Positions 40,641-52,900 of a stretch of DNA of 64,000 nucleotides are shown piece after piece (the stretch's first letter is position 1; each line of letters starts with the position of its first letter). The notes under the pieces are model-generated. The model had not been told where the DNA came from. It ran no database searches and was given only the letters and a program-made list of their open reading frames with translations. The translations under genes were made by a program, and so were the position numbers. The stretch is from Epiperipatus broadwayi (taxonomy: Eukaryota; Animalia; Onychophora), in assembly GCA_028023455.1 (NCBI GenBank), contig JAQFVV010000011.1:186001-250000 (forward strand), written 5' to 3'.

Positions 40641-41365
40641 TAAGAAAAAAAGTTTATAGTGAAGAAATGAAGAGACATGCAGAATATTAAATAAAAAAAT
40701 GGACCAACGCATTCTATATATAAACGAGCGTATTTGTGGTTTATAAATCATTGCAAAACTCATTTCTAGAGCAGATTGCTTTTTATTTCCTTCCTTGAAG
40801 TTAAAATGGCCTTATCCATGTATGTGTGGATTCTATATATATATATATGCACGTACTTATATAAAATGTACAATATAAATAACACTTATTTTTCAATGAA
40901 TCATTAAAAAAAGTTTTTAATTCCTCTATCTTTCAGAAATAATTACATAAAATGCTCCTAAATTTAAGTTTTGTGAAATTTTAATATATCCATAAGTCTA
41001 GCATCATAGGCTAATATGTGTGAGTATATATAATTATTCCTTAACAAAATTTTAACACACCAAACAATAAATTTACATGTAATAATCTTTCACTAATTTT
41101 GATATGCTAAAATAGCTATCTCCATGGAAATTATTCCATAATTCAAAAATACCATTTCTCAATTGTCTACAGAAATCACTAATAGCAATGTAATTTATGT
41201 ATAAAGATCTTTCTATACAAACTTTAAACACAAGACCAATTAGCATTTAAAGCATGACATAATAAAATTTATTGTTTCACAATACAATCAGCTTAAAATA
41301 TCAAGCATGATATAATGACCTTATTAATAGCTCTAAACAAACTTTTCCAATAAATACCACAAGAG

Positions 41366-41750
41366 AAAGCATTTAAAATCTTTGTCTAGAATTATCCCTA
41401 TCCCCAAACTGTTTTTGAGCTGATGGCTCTCATCAGTGAGGCACTAGGATATTTAGACACTAGATCTAAAATGCCATTTCAACCTCAGTATTTATCTAAT
41501 ACTTAACTATTAAGTAGAAAATCTGAAATTTTCAGACATCTATATGTCTTTGAACACAGTCTATATGAGTCTGAATACTTTTCAGCTATACTATGTACTA
41601 ATAGCCTTAGCAATGTGACACTGCCAAGGCTTTAAAAGGCAAACTATAACAGAAAGAAAATATAGTATACATCCTGTGATTTAACTATGCTGAAAGACAA
41701 AGCATTTAAAATCTCTATCTAGAATTATCCCTATCCTCAAACTGTTTTCA
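41366..41750 (-). mobile_element. Family A-related element with 333-bp-spaced direct repeats and hammerhead motif
   Basis: AGCATTTAAAATCT...CTAGAATTATCCCTATCC.CAAACTGTTTT occurs at 41368 and 41701. The minus strand at 41394-41450 reads CCTCA CTGATGA GAGC CATCA GCTC AAAAACAGTT TGGGGATAGG. Confidence 0.75.
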
Positions 41751-41909
41751 AGGTAATGACATTTAAACATTATAATATTTATCATTTTAGTATTATGCAT
41801 TTGTTTTAAATAATGTTTCTATCAAAAAAGAATGAATTCAAACAATTTTACTCATAAAGAATGGAAATAATATTTACTAATAAAGGTTTGAAGCAAAGTT
41901 TAAAATTAC

Positions 41910-42975
41910 CTGTGATAATATGTTGGATTATTTCTATCATCTATCATTAAATGTTGAATGTTTACAAACTTTTAAACTTTTTCAAATACAAACAATTGTT
42001 AGTAGTAACATACAAACACAATACAGGTTATTGAAACAGGCAAAACTCTCCATATAGTAGTGCCACTCAGTGCAAGACAGAGTAATCAATGGATGCCAGA
42101 AGGTTTGTGCATAAAATCCCTATCTAGTGCCTACTAATCCAATATCTCCAGATTAGTTTTTGACTTGTGGCTTTCATCAGTGAGGAGCCTTGGATCTGAG
42201 AGCACTGCACTTAGGATCTAATACAACCCTCCAGAAGCCACCTTTTATCTCTACTTAACTACAAACTATGAGAATAAAATTGAAAACATAATAATATTTT
42301 CAATCTAAGCTCATTAGTTTATATAGTCATATAGGTCTGAACTCAGTTTAGTACCCATACATTTTGGTGTCTTTGGTTCTTCAATAACTATAGCCACCAC
42401 TATCCAATGCTCCTCATTGATGAAGGCCACAAGTCAAAAACAAGTCTTGGTTATATTGGATGAGTAGGCACTAGATAAGAATTTTATGCACAAGACTTCT
42501 GGTATCCATTGATTACTCTGGCTTGCACTGAGAGGCACTACTGTATAGAGAGTTTTGCCTGCTTTAATATCAGTTATGAGCAAGCATAAAAATTATGATC
42601 ATGTGATGTTTGGTAGTTATAACACAGGTTAATGTATTACACAATGTTTCAAGTGGTATTATTCATCACTGTTCTTTGGGTGTTATTAACTTAAACAGTG
42701 ACAATGCTGGCATAGGAGTCCAACTTACTCCTTTAGATTCTTGAACATATCTAAAAGGTGTAAGTTTGACTGCTATGTTAGCATTGTCACTGGTAAGGCC
42801 AGCAGCATCTGAAGAAGACCAGAGAATAATATCACTTGAAATGTTATGTAATCTATCAACTTGTGTTGTTACTACTACTAACATTTGCTTGTATTTGAAA
42901 AAGTTTAAATAAAGTTAAAAGATTTTCTAGACATTCAAAATTTAATGATAGATGATTAAAATAGTTCAACATATG
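41910..42975 (+). mobile_element. Family C element (inverted tails) interrupted by a family A element
   Basis: About 41910-42030 and about 42840-42975 are inverted copies of the tail seen at 63445-63880. 42755-42850 aligns with 63641-63745, including CTGAAGA at 42809-42815. Confidence 0.65.
42035..42640 (+). mobile_element. Family A element, inverted pair with two decayed hammerheads
   Basis: Motifs at 42137-42195 (-) and 42402-42461 (+) share the derived variant AAGTCAAAAAC. Full tail on the right arm. Confidence 0.85.
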
Positions 42976-43070
42976 TAGGAGATTTGAACTCAGACTGTCA
43001 AGCACCTTCCAACTATACACACTATCTCATATCACTGATAAACATGATCACACATATGTAATAAAGATCA

Positions 43071-43127
43071 ATAATCACCAATATGTATTTCGTACTGAAC
43101 CAGCACTTATCAGTTAGTCCAGATTAT
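43071..43127 (-). ncRNA. Type I hammerhead motif (family B1)
   Basis: ATAATC TGG ACTAA CTGATAA GTGCTG GTT CAGTAC GAAA TACATA TTGGT GATTAT. Retains CGAAA; G8 is mutated. Confidence 0.65.
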
Positions 43128-43389
43128 CATCTCTCTCTCTCTCACACACACATATATATAAATCAGTGCTGCTGTATTTCAAATATTACACATTAAGCCT
43201 GTATCCTGCCCACCCTCTTCTATGTATTTAAATGGATATGGAGCTGTACATGAGGGCTTGAATCATCAGATTTTCAATGGTATGGATGGCTGAAGAGTGT
43301 TGCAGTAGATTGAAACCTGTCCATTAAAGTATGAAGATTTGCTATCTTAATTTAAACTGAGCACTGATTATATTAGTGTGTGAGAGATG

Positions 43390-43448
43390 ATAATCTGGAC
43401 CAACTGATGAGTACTGGTTCAGCACAAAACATGTATATTGGTGATTAT
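43390..43448 (+). ncRNA. Type I hammerhead motif (family B1)
   Basis: ATAATC TGG ACCAA CTGATGA GTACTG GTT CAGCAC AAAA CATGTATA TTGGT GATTAT. G12 is lost by a CpG transition. Confidence 0.7.
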
Positions 43449-43739
43449 TGATATTTTCTACATGTATGTGATCATGCGCATCAGTGATATGAGATAATGT
43501 GGAAAGTTGAAAGGTGCTTGAAAGTCTGAGTTCAAATCCCCTACATTTACAATTAGGCTCCAGGTAAATTCGAAATTACCTGTTTATTCATAATATATTG
43601 TTTCTATCTGACTGTATGAGAGGAAGTATTATTAATGGCAAAAAATTCAAGGCATTGAAGATGTAAATTTTTATTCGCTTTTAATTTCTATGAAAACAGC
43701 TCTTTAAAAAAAGAATTTCATGAAGTATCAAAATATGGT

Positions 43740-45374
43740 TGTTATATCCGCACTTACGACTGTGCGGCTATCCAATAACATTCGCTAATGTTCAATTCCC
43801 ACGCTGTTTTCTTGACACTAATGCTCTGCTGCATATGCTCTCCAACAAATAGTCTGCAATGAATGCTCTGAATATATTCTGTATTCTCTGCACTGGGTGC
43901 TCTCCAAATGAATGGTCTGCAAGTGGATGCTCTTCAACAAATTGGTCTGCAATGAATGCTCTCCAACGAATTGGTCTGCAATGAATGCTCTCCAATGAAG
44001 GCTCTGAATATCTCCACTGTGGTCTCCTTCAGCTATACCTGTGAACTACATTTCCACTGGGTGCTGGTCATTAACCGCAAGCACTAATGCGAGATATCTC
44101 TACTGGTGTTAAACAGATGTCTACTCAAATACTGCCTACTCAATGCTGCACTGCATAGATGTTACACAGTCCTCTTATCGCTCTCTGATAACTGCAACAA
44201 TCAATGAATACACTGTTTAATAAGGCAACGCCTCTTATCCAGAAATATTTGTAATCAGCAAATATTTCTTGGAATTGTCGATCACCATTACATCAATGCA
44301 TTAATTAAATTCCTCATCTATCAGAGCACGATCTAAAAACAACCTCTCGAATAAATTCTAGTTTTTTTTTGGAGTGCACAAACATGTCTGCCATTTTACA
44401 AAACATTACACCTCACTCCACTCCAGAAAAACCCTTGTTGCTATTCCTTGGTGTTGTTTTTCTATTCCTACTTTCCTGCTATTTCACTCAGAAATATACA
44501 ATTTAACTGCTGCTGAAACTTTTTCACCAGTTATGTTCAATGGTGACTGCGCAAGCGTGGTGGAACTCAGCTTCCCATGTTAATGTTATACTAACTGGGA
44601 TTTCCATTTTCACCCGATTTCCCCATTTATAGCTAAACTTGTTCAAAACTTATTCGCTACTTACAGGTTCCAAATGTGACTGCGCTGCACTTACGACTGT
44701 GCGGCTATCCAATAACGTTCGCTAAGGTTCAATTCCCACGCTGTTTTCTTGCCACTAATGCTCTGCTGCATATGCTCTCCAATGAATGGTCTGAAATGAA
44801 TGCTCTGAATATACTCTGTATTCTCTGCACTGGGTGCTCTCCAAATGAATGGTCTGCAAGCGGATGCTCTCCAACAAATTGGTCTGCAACGTGCTCTCCA
44901 ACAAATTGGTCCACAACGAATGCTCTCCAATGAATTGGTCTGCAACAAATGCTCTCCAATGAAGGCTCTGAATATCTCTGCTGTGGTCTCCTTCAGCTAT
45001 ACCCATGAACTACATTTCCACTGGGCGCTGGTCATTAACTGCAAACACTAACGCGATATATCTCTACTGGTGTTAAGCAGATGTCTACTCAAATACTGCC
45101 TACTCAATACTGCACTACGTAGATGTTACACAGGCCTCTTATCACTCTCTGATAACTGCAACAATCAATCAATACACTGTCCAATAAGGCAAAGTCTTTT
45201 ATCCAGAAATATTTGTAATCAGCAAATATTTCTTGGAATTGCCAATCGCCATTACGTCATTGCACTAATTAAATTCCTCAGCTATCAGAGCACGATCTAA
45301 AAACAACCTCTCAAATAAATTCTAGTTTTTTTTTGGAGTGCACAAACATGTCTGCCATTTTACAAAACATTGCA
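43740..45374 (-). mobile_element. Non-autonomous LTR retroelement (two LTRs, 264-bp non-coding interior)
   Basis: Direct repeats 43740-44410 and 44675-45374 both have TG...CA ends. 5-bp TSD ATGGT at 43735-43739 and 45375-45379. On the minus strand, PPT GGAGTGGAGTGAGG (44411-44424) abuts the 3' LTR and TT-TGG (PBS-like) follows the 5' LTR. Confidence 0.85.
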
Positions 45375-45706
45375 ATGGTATAGATTTGATGATGGAATTT
45401 TAAATTGTACTTATCAGCAAAATTCTTCATTCTTGATTTCTAAATATTCATTGTCTTATCAACGTTTTTAATGTTATAAATAAAAACTATACATTCTTTG
45501 GTTTAGTAATTAATGGTCAATAATTTAGATGATTCATTAGTGAATGATGAAAGAAAAAATCTATTGCACTTTTTGTTTTGGATGTTATTAGTTTGAAAAT
45601 TTAAATAACTTCTAGCTTTTAGGCACAAAGATAACCTTGGGTGTGGACAAATAACTATTTTCAAACATTAACACAAACTTTTTCAATTAACAGAATGAAT
45701 TGTATT

Positions 45707-45814
45707 GACTGTTTGGTGGTCGAGAGGTCAGCGCGACTGCCTTGCACTCGCAGGCAGTTGCCCGGGTTGTGGGTTCGCGTCCCGGCCGATGCTATGACAC
45801 TTAAAAAAAAAAAA
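45707..45814 (+). mobile_element. tRNA-Gly-derived short SINE
   Basis: Same subfamily as 6753-6860 with CpGs retained; TATGACACTT plus poly(A). Possible 8-bp TSD AATTGTAT. Confidence 0.85.
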
Positions 45815-48049
45815 CATAAATTGTATCTTTATTCACAACATATTTTTCGTGATTTCTTTGGCAACAAAGGATTAATGCTTTTTTGCTTCTTTAAAATTCC
45901 TTTGTGAATTTCTAGTAAGCAATTTGCTTAGTAAAAATGTTTAAAAGCACCGCCACCCCCTGATGGGATAACAATGTCTTTCCTTAATTATTTCCATCAA
46001 TTAGTTGAATTGTTAAACATATTTTTAAAAAATTCAAATTATAATTTTTCCAAATACAATCATCAGTTAGTAATAAATGCAGTTTAGTATAAAAAACAAT
46101 ATTGCAAATGATATTACTCTTCAGATATCTCTGGCCTGACTGATCTTAAAGTTGGTCTAGCATCAGAATTGAGCCAGTAATTTTAGAGTTATGAATGTGG
46201 AATTTGAAGGGATACTCTAACCAATTAAGATATTTTCACAAAGGCAATAGTCAATTGATCAAATGTTATAGAGTCAACTTAAGTTCAGCATATATAAATT
46301 TAAAAACTACTAATATATCCATGCAAGATTGTGATTGGTTAGACCAACAACAGTTGAAGCAGACAGGAAAATAATACTATCTAAAACACTATGATTTATA
46401 CCTACCAAATTTGTCAAAAAATATTTAACAATTCAACTATAGGATGAAAACAGTCCAATGTATATCCATAAGTAAAATATCATAAATTTTCAGATTAAAT
46501 TTTTGTATACTATTTCATAAATTGTAATAATCAAAAGCAAATACATCACCACATTTTAAAACACATCCACAAATCTCATAAGGAATAAAAGCTTTTTAAT
46601 TTTTAAAATTATAAAGAGTTATTTTAATTTTACAAAGCTAAATAACTCATAACTCTGTCCCAATCTAAATGATTCAATAGTAGGACAAAAATGTTATTAA
46701 AGCAGACAGATCATTATATTAAATATGATTAAAATAATTCCCTCCAAAGTATAATAATTATCATATAAAAGAATAATGTTAATTGGTTTAATATAGTTTT
46801 TAAGTCCTTATATTACTTTGCAATTTCAATCCACAATATATTTAAATTTATGAACATTCTTATTTATTTTATTATTCATCTAAATAGATAATGTCACATG
46901 CTTTCTTTTAATCAACTCATGGTTGTAATATTATGGACAAAGATGCCGCTCGATGGCGCCATTATCACACTAAAACTATAAAATATGAACATTCCTAGGC
47001 CGTTGATTTTAATCATTTTGATGTGTTTTTTGTAATGCGAAAATAAAAAATATCAAAATCGTGTTTTTTAAATTTTTTTTTAATTAACATATACAGATTA
47101 AGTGATAACAATAAATGTAAAATTAAATCAACAAATTACAATTTAATTTGATTTTTTTTTTTTTTTTTTGCTTTATTAGAAAAAACAATTTTCAATCTGA
47201 TTTTTTTTTTTTGGGGGGGGGGGTTACGCCTTTTTTGTTGTTGTTTAAAAACTCATAATTGGAATAAAAAGTAAAAGTTCTTAGTCTTCGTTTTACATTT
47301 TAATTTTTACAGATACGACATATATTATTGTGTTACCACTATTTTTTACTTCAAACAGAATGACAACAAAAAGTAAAAGTTGTTAGGGTTAGGTTTAGGG
47401 TTAGTGTTCTGTTGTTTGTAAATCACAGAATCAAACAAGATTTGCAATTTCCTGCGCCATATTGTTGGTCTCGTGGAATGTTATGAAGAGTACGTTACTT
47501 CATGTGTTACCTAATTCCAACTGGCTTTACACCTCTATCTGGACAAGATTTTGCCACTTAAAACTTCAATACAGAATGGTGTAAAGAGTTGGATAATTAT
47601 TAATTAAGAAATCAGAATATTTCAATACTTTTAAAAAAAAAAATTCAATAAAAAACACATTTCCATCAAATTCAAATACACACACTCTCACATCAAGCTG
47701 TAATAATGTATGAAGTGTGCGAATTCGCCAAATTTATTTGCTGTGATGCAACATACATGTTGTACTGTGATGTGACATAGTGGCCTAGCATATCTGTAGC
47801 ACAACAATAAAAGTTGCATTATAGTAAAACGTGGGTTCAAATGGGTTAAATGGCATTTTTATGTGCTTTAGCATGTAAACAGCAGCCATTATAATGCAAT
47901 GTATAATAAGCTATTGTTCTGTTCTCATCAAGGATGCATCCTAATTTATTATCCTATTTTTATGTCAATAAAGTCAATCTACATGTTCTATAAAAAAAAT
48001 CACTAAAAATAAAAGAAATACCATTATTTTCACTATTTTTTAGATCATA

Positions 48050-48430
48050 ATTTATTGTTTCTATTAACACATGCATTAATGTCTCTAAGAAAATAAATTT
48101 GGTTATCTATTGGCACTGTTGCAATAATATTAGCCAACGATGAATAAAAGTTTTTCGTCTCTGAACTTTGTGATAATATTAATCAATACGAAAAAAAGTT
48201 TTTCTCTTTCTGCTCTGATTAATTCAGATATAACTTCTAATATCATTAGTTTTTGATTGATACACTTAGGAATATCAAAAGTAGAACATCAGTATGCAGT
48301 ACATCAAACTCCATATAATGTTCCATTAAAAATGTATGTCCTTCTAACTAAACAATTCAACATCTTTTTACTCAAAAATGAGTTTCACAAAGAACAGCTA
48401 TATCAATTGTACAATGGTACTATCCCATGT
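48050..48430 (-). mobile_element. Decayed RTE/BovB-like APE endonuclease relic
   Basis: Minus strand gives IDIAVLCETHF and FYSSLANIIATVPIDNQIYFLRDINACV, matching the APE motifs DIAxLxET and ILGDFNARV. Confidence 0.7.
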
Positions 48431-50399
48431 GTATAATTTCAAATGCCCATGTATAAAATAATTGAAAGGTTTATCTTTATTACCATTACTATATTAATCA
48501 ATAAAGCAAGTCATATATAGTGTGACATTGCTATCTTCAACATTGCAACAGTTAATGATATTCATTGTTGTATCAATTTTTATTTAAATAAGCAATCCAC
48601 CAATCATGAAAATCTAAACAGATTTTGTGAGGTAGATCATTTTAGATATATTCTAGATTCTTTGACATTTGAAGAATCATTAAATATAACTTTCAAATTA
48701 TTATTTAAAGAATAAAATGTTTGCCTCATTTGGAATCAAAATACTAGTGTAAGATCTCAACTAAAGATTTGATTTTCAAACTGATAAATTACCTATCATT
48801 TTTATTAATGCTAAAGGCTCTGCATACTTTTTTTACTTAACATACATACAAAATAAAAAATTAGAGTGGGTTATCAAAGCATGGAAATCCATTATAACAA
48901 TGCAGAGATATCCAAAGATATAAAAAGCTAATGTGATGTATTGTGGCTTTTCCTTAAAGAAATCAAGAATATCTCAGCAAAAATGATTCTAGTTCTGCCA
49001 TCTTGTGTAGGCTTGAGTAATTAATTGATACTAGATGAGTATTAAATCAATCCTTATCCAGTGAGTTTGGTACTAAACCATTAAAACAATACATGCAATT
49101 TATTATAAAAGTGTAGACTTTTACAATCAGAAAGAATGGAAATGATGAAGTAATGTTTTTATAGGATTAAGTGTAAATTAAGCAGAAATTAAGTGAATAT
49201 ATAAAAAAGAGTGTGGATTTTTTATTTTTATGTTGAGATTGTGTAATGATAAAAATGATTTAAAACTAAAGTTACTGGATGGAGAAAAATTTAGAAGCTA
49301 AGTAGATTAGAGACTGATAAAGAGGGAAATAAAATAACTATCAGTTTTTTTTTGGTGCATCAACTCAGAGATTCCTGACTATGATAAACTAGAAGAAACT
49401 TTGCACTTCATCATTTGCTTGACATTTAATGATATAAAATTAAGAATCGAAATTTTTTTGCAAATTATATTTTTTATATAAAATTGTTGTCACGTTAAGA
49501 AAAAAATCAAGTTGTAGAATACATGGCCTGCTCTATGTTCAAATTTAAAGTTTATTTTTGTAAATTTTTGTAAGATATCAGAAAAATATAATGAGATTGG
49601 AGATATGTGAAGCAAATAATCTCCTGATTAATTTTTCAGTGAATTTGAATATTAAGTAAATAAAGATAAAACAAGAGTGGTATTTGGGTAAGAACATGAT
49701 CAACTTAATTCATAGAAGATTTTTGATTTATAACCCCAGCTTCTTTTGCTTGTTATTTATGATGAATTGGTTACTGTGATAAATAGGATATTTGTTCAGC
49801 AAAGGGTTAAAATCAGGCATAGATGCAAAGAGAAAAAAAATTTTCACTCAAAAAAAAAATTTATAATGATGGTTTGTATATATATTTTTAATGTAAAAAT
49901 TTTATTTGCATTTTTTTTTTTAATAAAATGTTTTAGTGAGATGATTTTCCCCCTTATTCTTTAATGTGTTGTTATTTCATTTCTTTTATCATTCTCTCTT
50001 CTATTGTTTTCTTTTTTATATTATTGACAGAGATTTTCATAGCAGTGTTTTTAGATTGTAATTTTATAACTAAGATTCTCAGATGAACCTTATTTTGTTT
50101 ACTATATTGCTTTGGAAAGTACTTAATAGTATTCTTGTGTGTTACAAATCATATATTGTTGTTGTTCTCAATACATTATATTTTTTATTACAAAGATTAA
50201 AGAACATTAAACTATCCACATTGATCTAAATGTATTTACTATTACTAATACATCATAGGATTCAAAAATTTTGTTTTTGATCGTCTGTTTGAGATTACTT
50301 ATTCTACTTTGGAAAACAAATGCTCTTATTGTGGCAAATTTATGTCTTCTGTGTGTATATTACAGAGAATATATGTTGCACCAAAGATGAATTTATATT

Positions 50400-52700
50400 G
50401 TCAATGAATTATTGATTAGTTAGAATGATATATTGAAGTAGATAAAATAAAAATTTTAATCGAGATTGAAATACATATAAGTTTTGAAATTTAGTTAGTA
50501 TTTGTTACATTTTGTCCAAGTAGGATCTTGATTGACATATACTTTATAAAGCTCTTATATGAATTTATGCCAAATAAGTTTATGTTCAATTGATCTACCA
50601 GATTGGCATGCTGGAAGCCATAATAGGAAGTTGTTTTTTTTTTGAAATATTGCAATATATTTAGCAAATTTATTGGTAGTGGTATTGCATTAATTAAATA
50701 ATTTCTTAGAGTTGTGGCAAATTAAATTTAATCCATCTTTTGATATTGGAAAGTAGGCTGCTTTGATGATCACATCATGAAACTGTGCATCAAACATATG
50801 ACCTTATTATTGTATTCATTTTATATATTGTGATATTTAACAGGTTTATTCATTGGTTATAGTATGCCATGATGCTTTCCAAAAGAGCATTAATTATTAT
50901 TACTTATACTATTGAGTACAATAACTTTAATGACAATATGTTAATTTTATTTAAGAATTTTCTAAATACATGTTGATTTAACTGGTTAACCATTTTAATC
51001 GTAGATAGGTTTAATAGAATATCAAGGAATGCTGATGGCATACCCATAAATTGCCATAGGAATGATCTATTTCTAGAAAGCTGCCATATGGATGATTCTT
51101 TGTGGCTGTAAGTATGGATCTACTCTCTGTATAATAATTATTTAATATACTTAGGATAAATGTAAAGGAAGCAATATTCTGAAGATTATTATAATAGCAT
51201 CTACAAATGATTCTCAATTTATTGTAACTCCCAAATGAGGCAAAGAATGATTTTCAATAGCTTTTTGTACCTTTTTTAATCAACTTTACACAATAAAAAT
51301 GAAACTGATGAACTTTGTGGTCTTCTTCTATTTTGTTTAAATGCTTTTGAGAGGCAAGTATGGTTATTGAATATTAATAAAACTATTAGTAATATAATTT
51401 TGCATTGCTATTACTAGATATTGATGCTGGTAATATTTGTTTAAATGTCAAAAATAAAATTTCCCAGTTGATAATATCAAATGCCATTTTTAAATCTATC
51501 TGGAAAAGTACATTGTCTGTGTAATTATTAGATTTTTCATATAAAATGGCCTCCTGGATTAATAATATGGCATGAAAAGCCTGATATCTTTTAACTTATA
51601 TAGTTTAGGTAGCACTAGATCATTAATTTTTTTGAGAATGATTAAATATCATTTGGTCTGTCTTCTATTGTTATTAGTCATAGTCATTGAATATTGGACA
51701 TGTTACTTTCTGATCATATTCAAAATGTTATATTAGTTGATAGATTAGGGAGATTAACTTTACAACAATAATAGTAGCATTTCTGCATTATTGGAATTAT
51801 CATGTAATCTAAGTTTTTGTGTAACTCAACTAGTATTTCATCTTCACCAAGTGTTTTTAAGTGTTGTTTATTTACCCCATAAATAATTTCATTTCTAATT
51901 ATGAATTTTTCCTGATCTATTATTTTAATATATCAGTTTGGAGATGGACATGATTTAATTTTAAAGAGTTCCTTTTTTATATTATCAAATATCACTCTAT
52001 CAATATTGAAAACGTTTATGGTTTCATTAGCTTGGATTAGGAAAGGAATTCCACTTGCCTTAATATTTATTTTAGTATAATTAAAGTTGATTTTACCAGT
52101 TTTGATAGATTCATATTTAATGTGGCATTGGTATTATCCAAATGTGCTTTACCAGATCTTTTAACTAATTTTTAGTAGTGGCATTGTCGCACATTATATT
52201 TAAGATCTTTTTAAAAAATAACCCAAGATTCTATCAAAACTATATACTCTGCTTTAGAATAATAATTTGCAGCCATGATAGGATTAAAGGTGTTATCAGT
52301 AGTTAAGTTTATATTCCAGGTAATAGATGCTTTGAGAATGTAATTATAGTTGGTGGCATTACAATATGGTGTGATTATTCTCAATGTGACCCAACCATAG
52401 TCAAATAAAGTAACTGTATATTTTTGTTTGATTGATTAATGATGATCCTCAATCTCTTATGAAGGACACAGTTCCTGATGTATATAGCAATGAGAATGGT
52501 CTCAATGTAATCCAACAAACTTCAGTAATTAATATCTATGGTTACATCTTACAAGTGCAGTCAAAGTCCCAACAGAGAACAGCAGTGTCTCAGTTATGTA
52601 AAATTCTGTTCTGAATGATATATAGGGTTTGAATGATAGCAGTAAGATAGTAATATCTCTCCAAGTAAAATATTGAAAGGATATTACAATTGCATTTATT
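50400..52700 (-). mobile_element. Very decayed L1/Tx1-like LINE ORF2 relic
   Basis: Minus strand gives, in the expected order, TWNINL (WxLN), ESWVIF*K, QIDLKMAFDIINWEILF (DxxKAFD), SFVDAIII (YADD region) and FPISKDGLNL (GGLGL). Confidence 0.6.
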
Positions 52701-52828
52701 AACAAAGTCTTTTCAATGATATCTTTGCCCTTACTAACACATCACTTCCTAAGCTGGGCATATGTTTACCTTATGAATAAATATGATTTTATTTTAGAGC
52801 TTCACTATGTGAGGGTGTTATTAATAGT

Positions 52829-52900
52829 GAGATTTTTGTTTCTGTGAACACAATTATATGTTGCTGAGTTTTTGTCTCTGTGAACACAATTATATGTTGC
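52829..52900. repeat. 36-bp tandem duplication
   Basis: TTTTGTYTCTGTGAACACAATTATATGTTGC occurs twice in tandem. Confidence 0.85.

Larger units (their letters stand above)
42973..43550 (+). mobile_element. Family B1 element, tail-out inverted pair (about 190-bp arms)
   Basis: About 42973-43182 is inverted with about 43360-43545. 43245-43550 is colinear with 24233-24555. Confidence 0.9.

Noticed and set aside
43285-43330. Second hammerhead (CTGAAGA...GAAACCTGTC) in the upstream part of B1, also near 15475 and 24305
   Set aside because: No pairing stem II, and stem I is out of register with the GUC; kept only as a possible ancient remnant.
43792-45300. Overlapping ORFs with ADQFVGEH-type peptide repeats
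   Set aside because: They are readings of the 27-29-bp LTR minisatellite in several frames on both strands; no gag or pol motif is present.
47381-47404. Telomere-like TTAGG(G) units
   Set aside because: Only about four irregular units; such runs are common inside small repeats and do not indicate a telomere.
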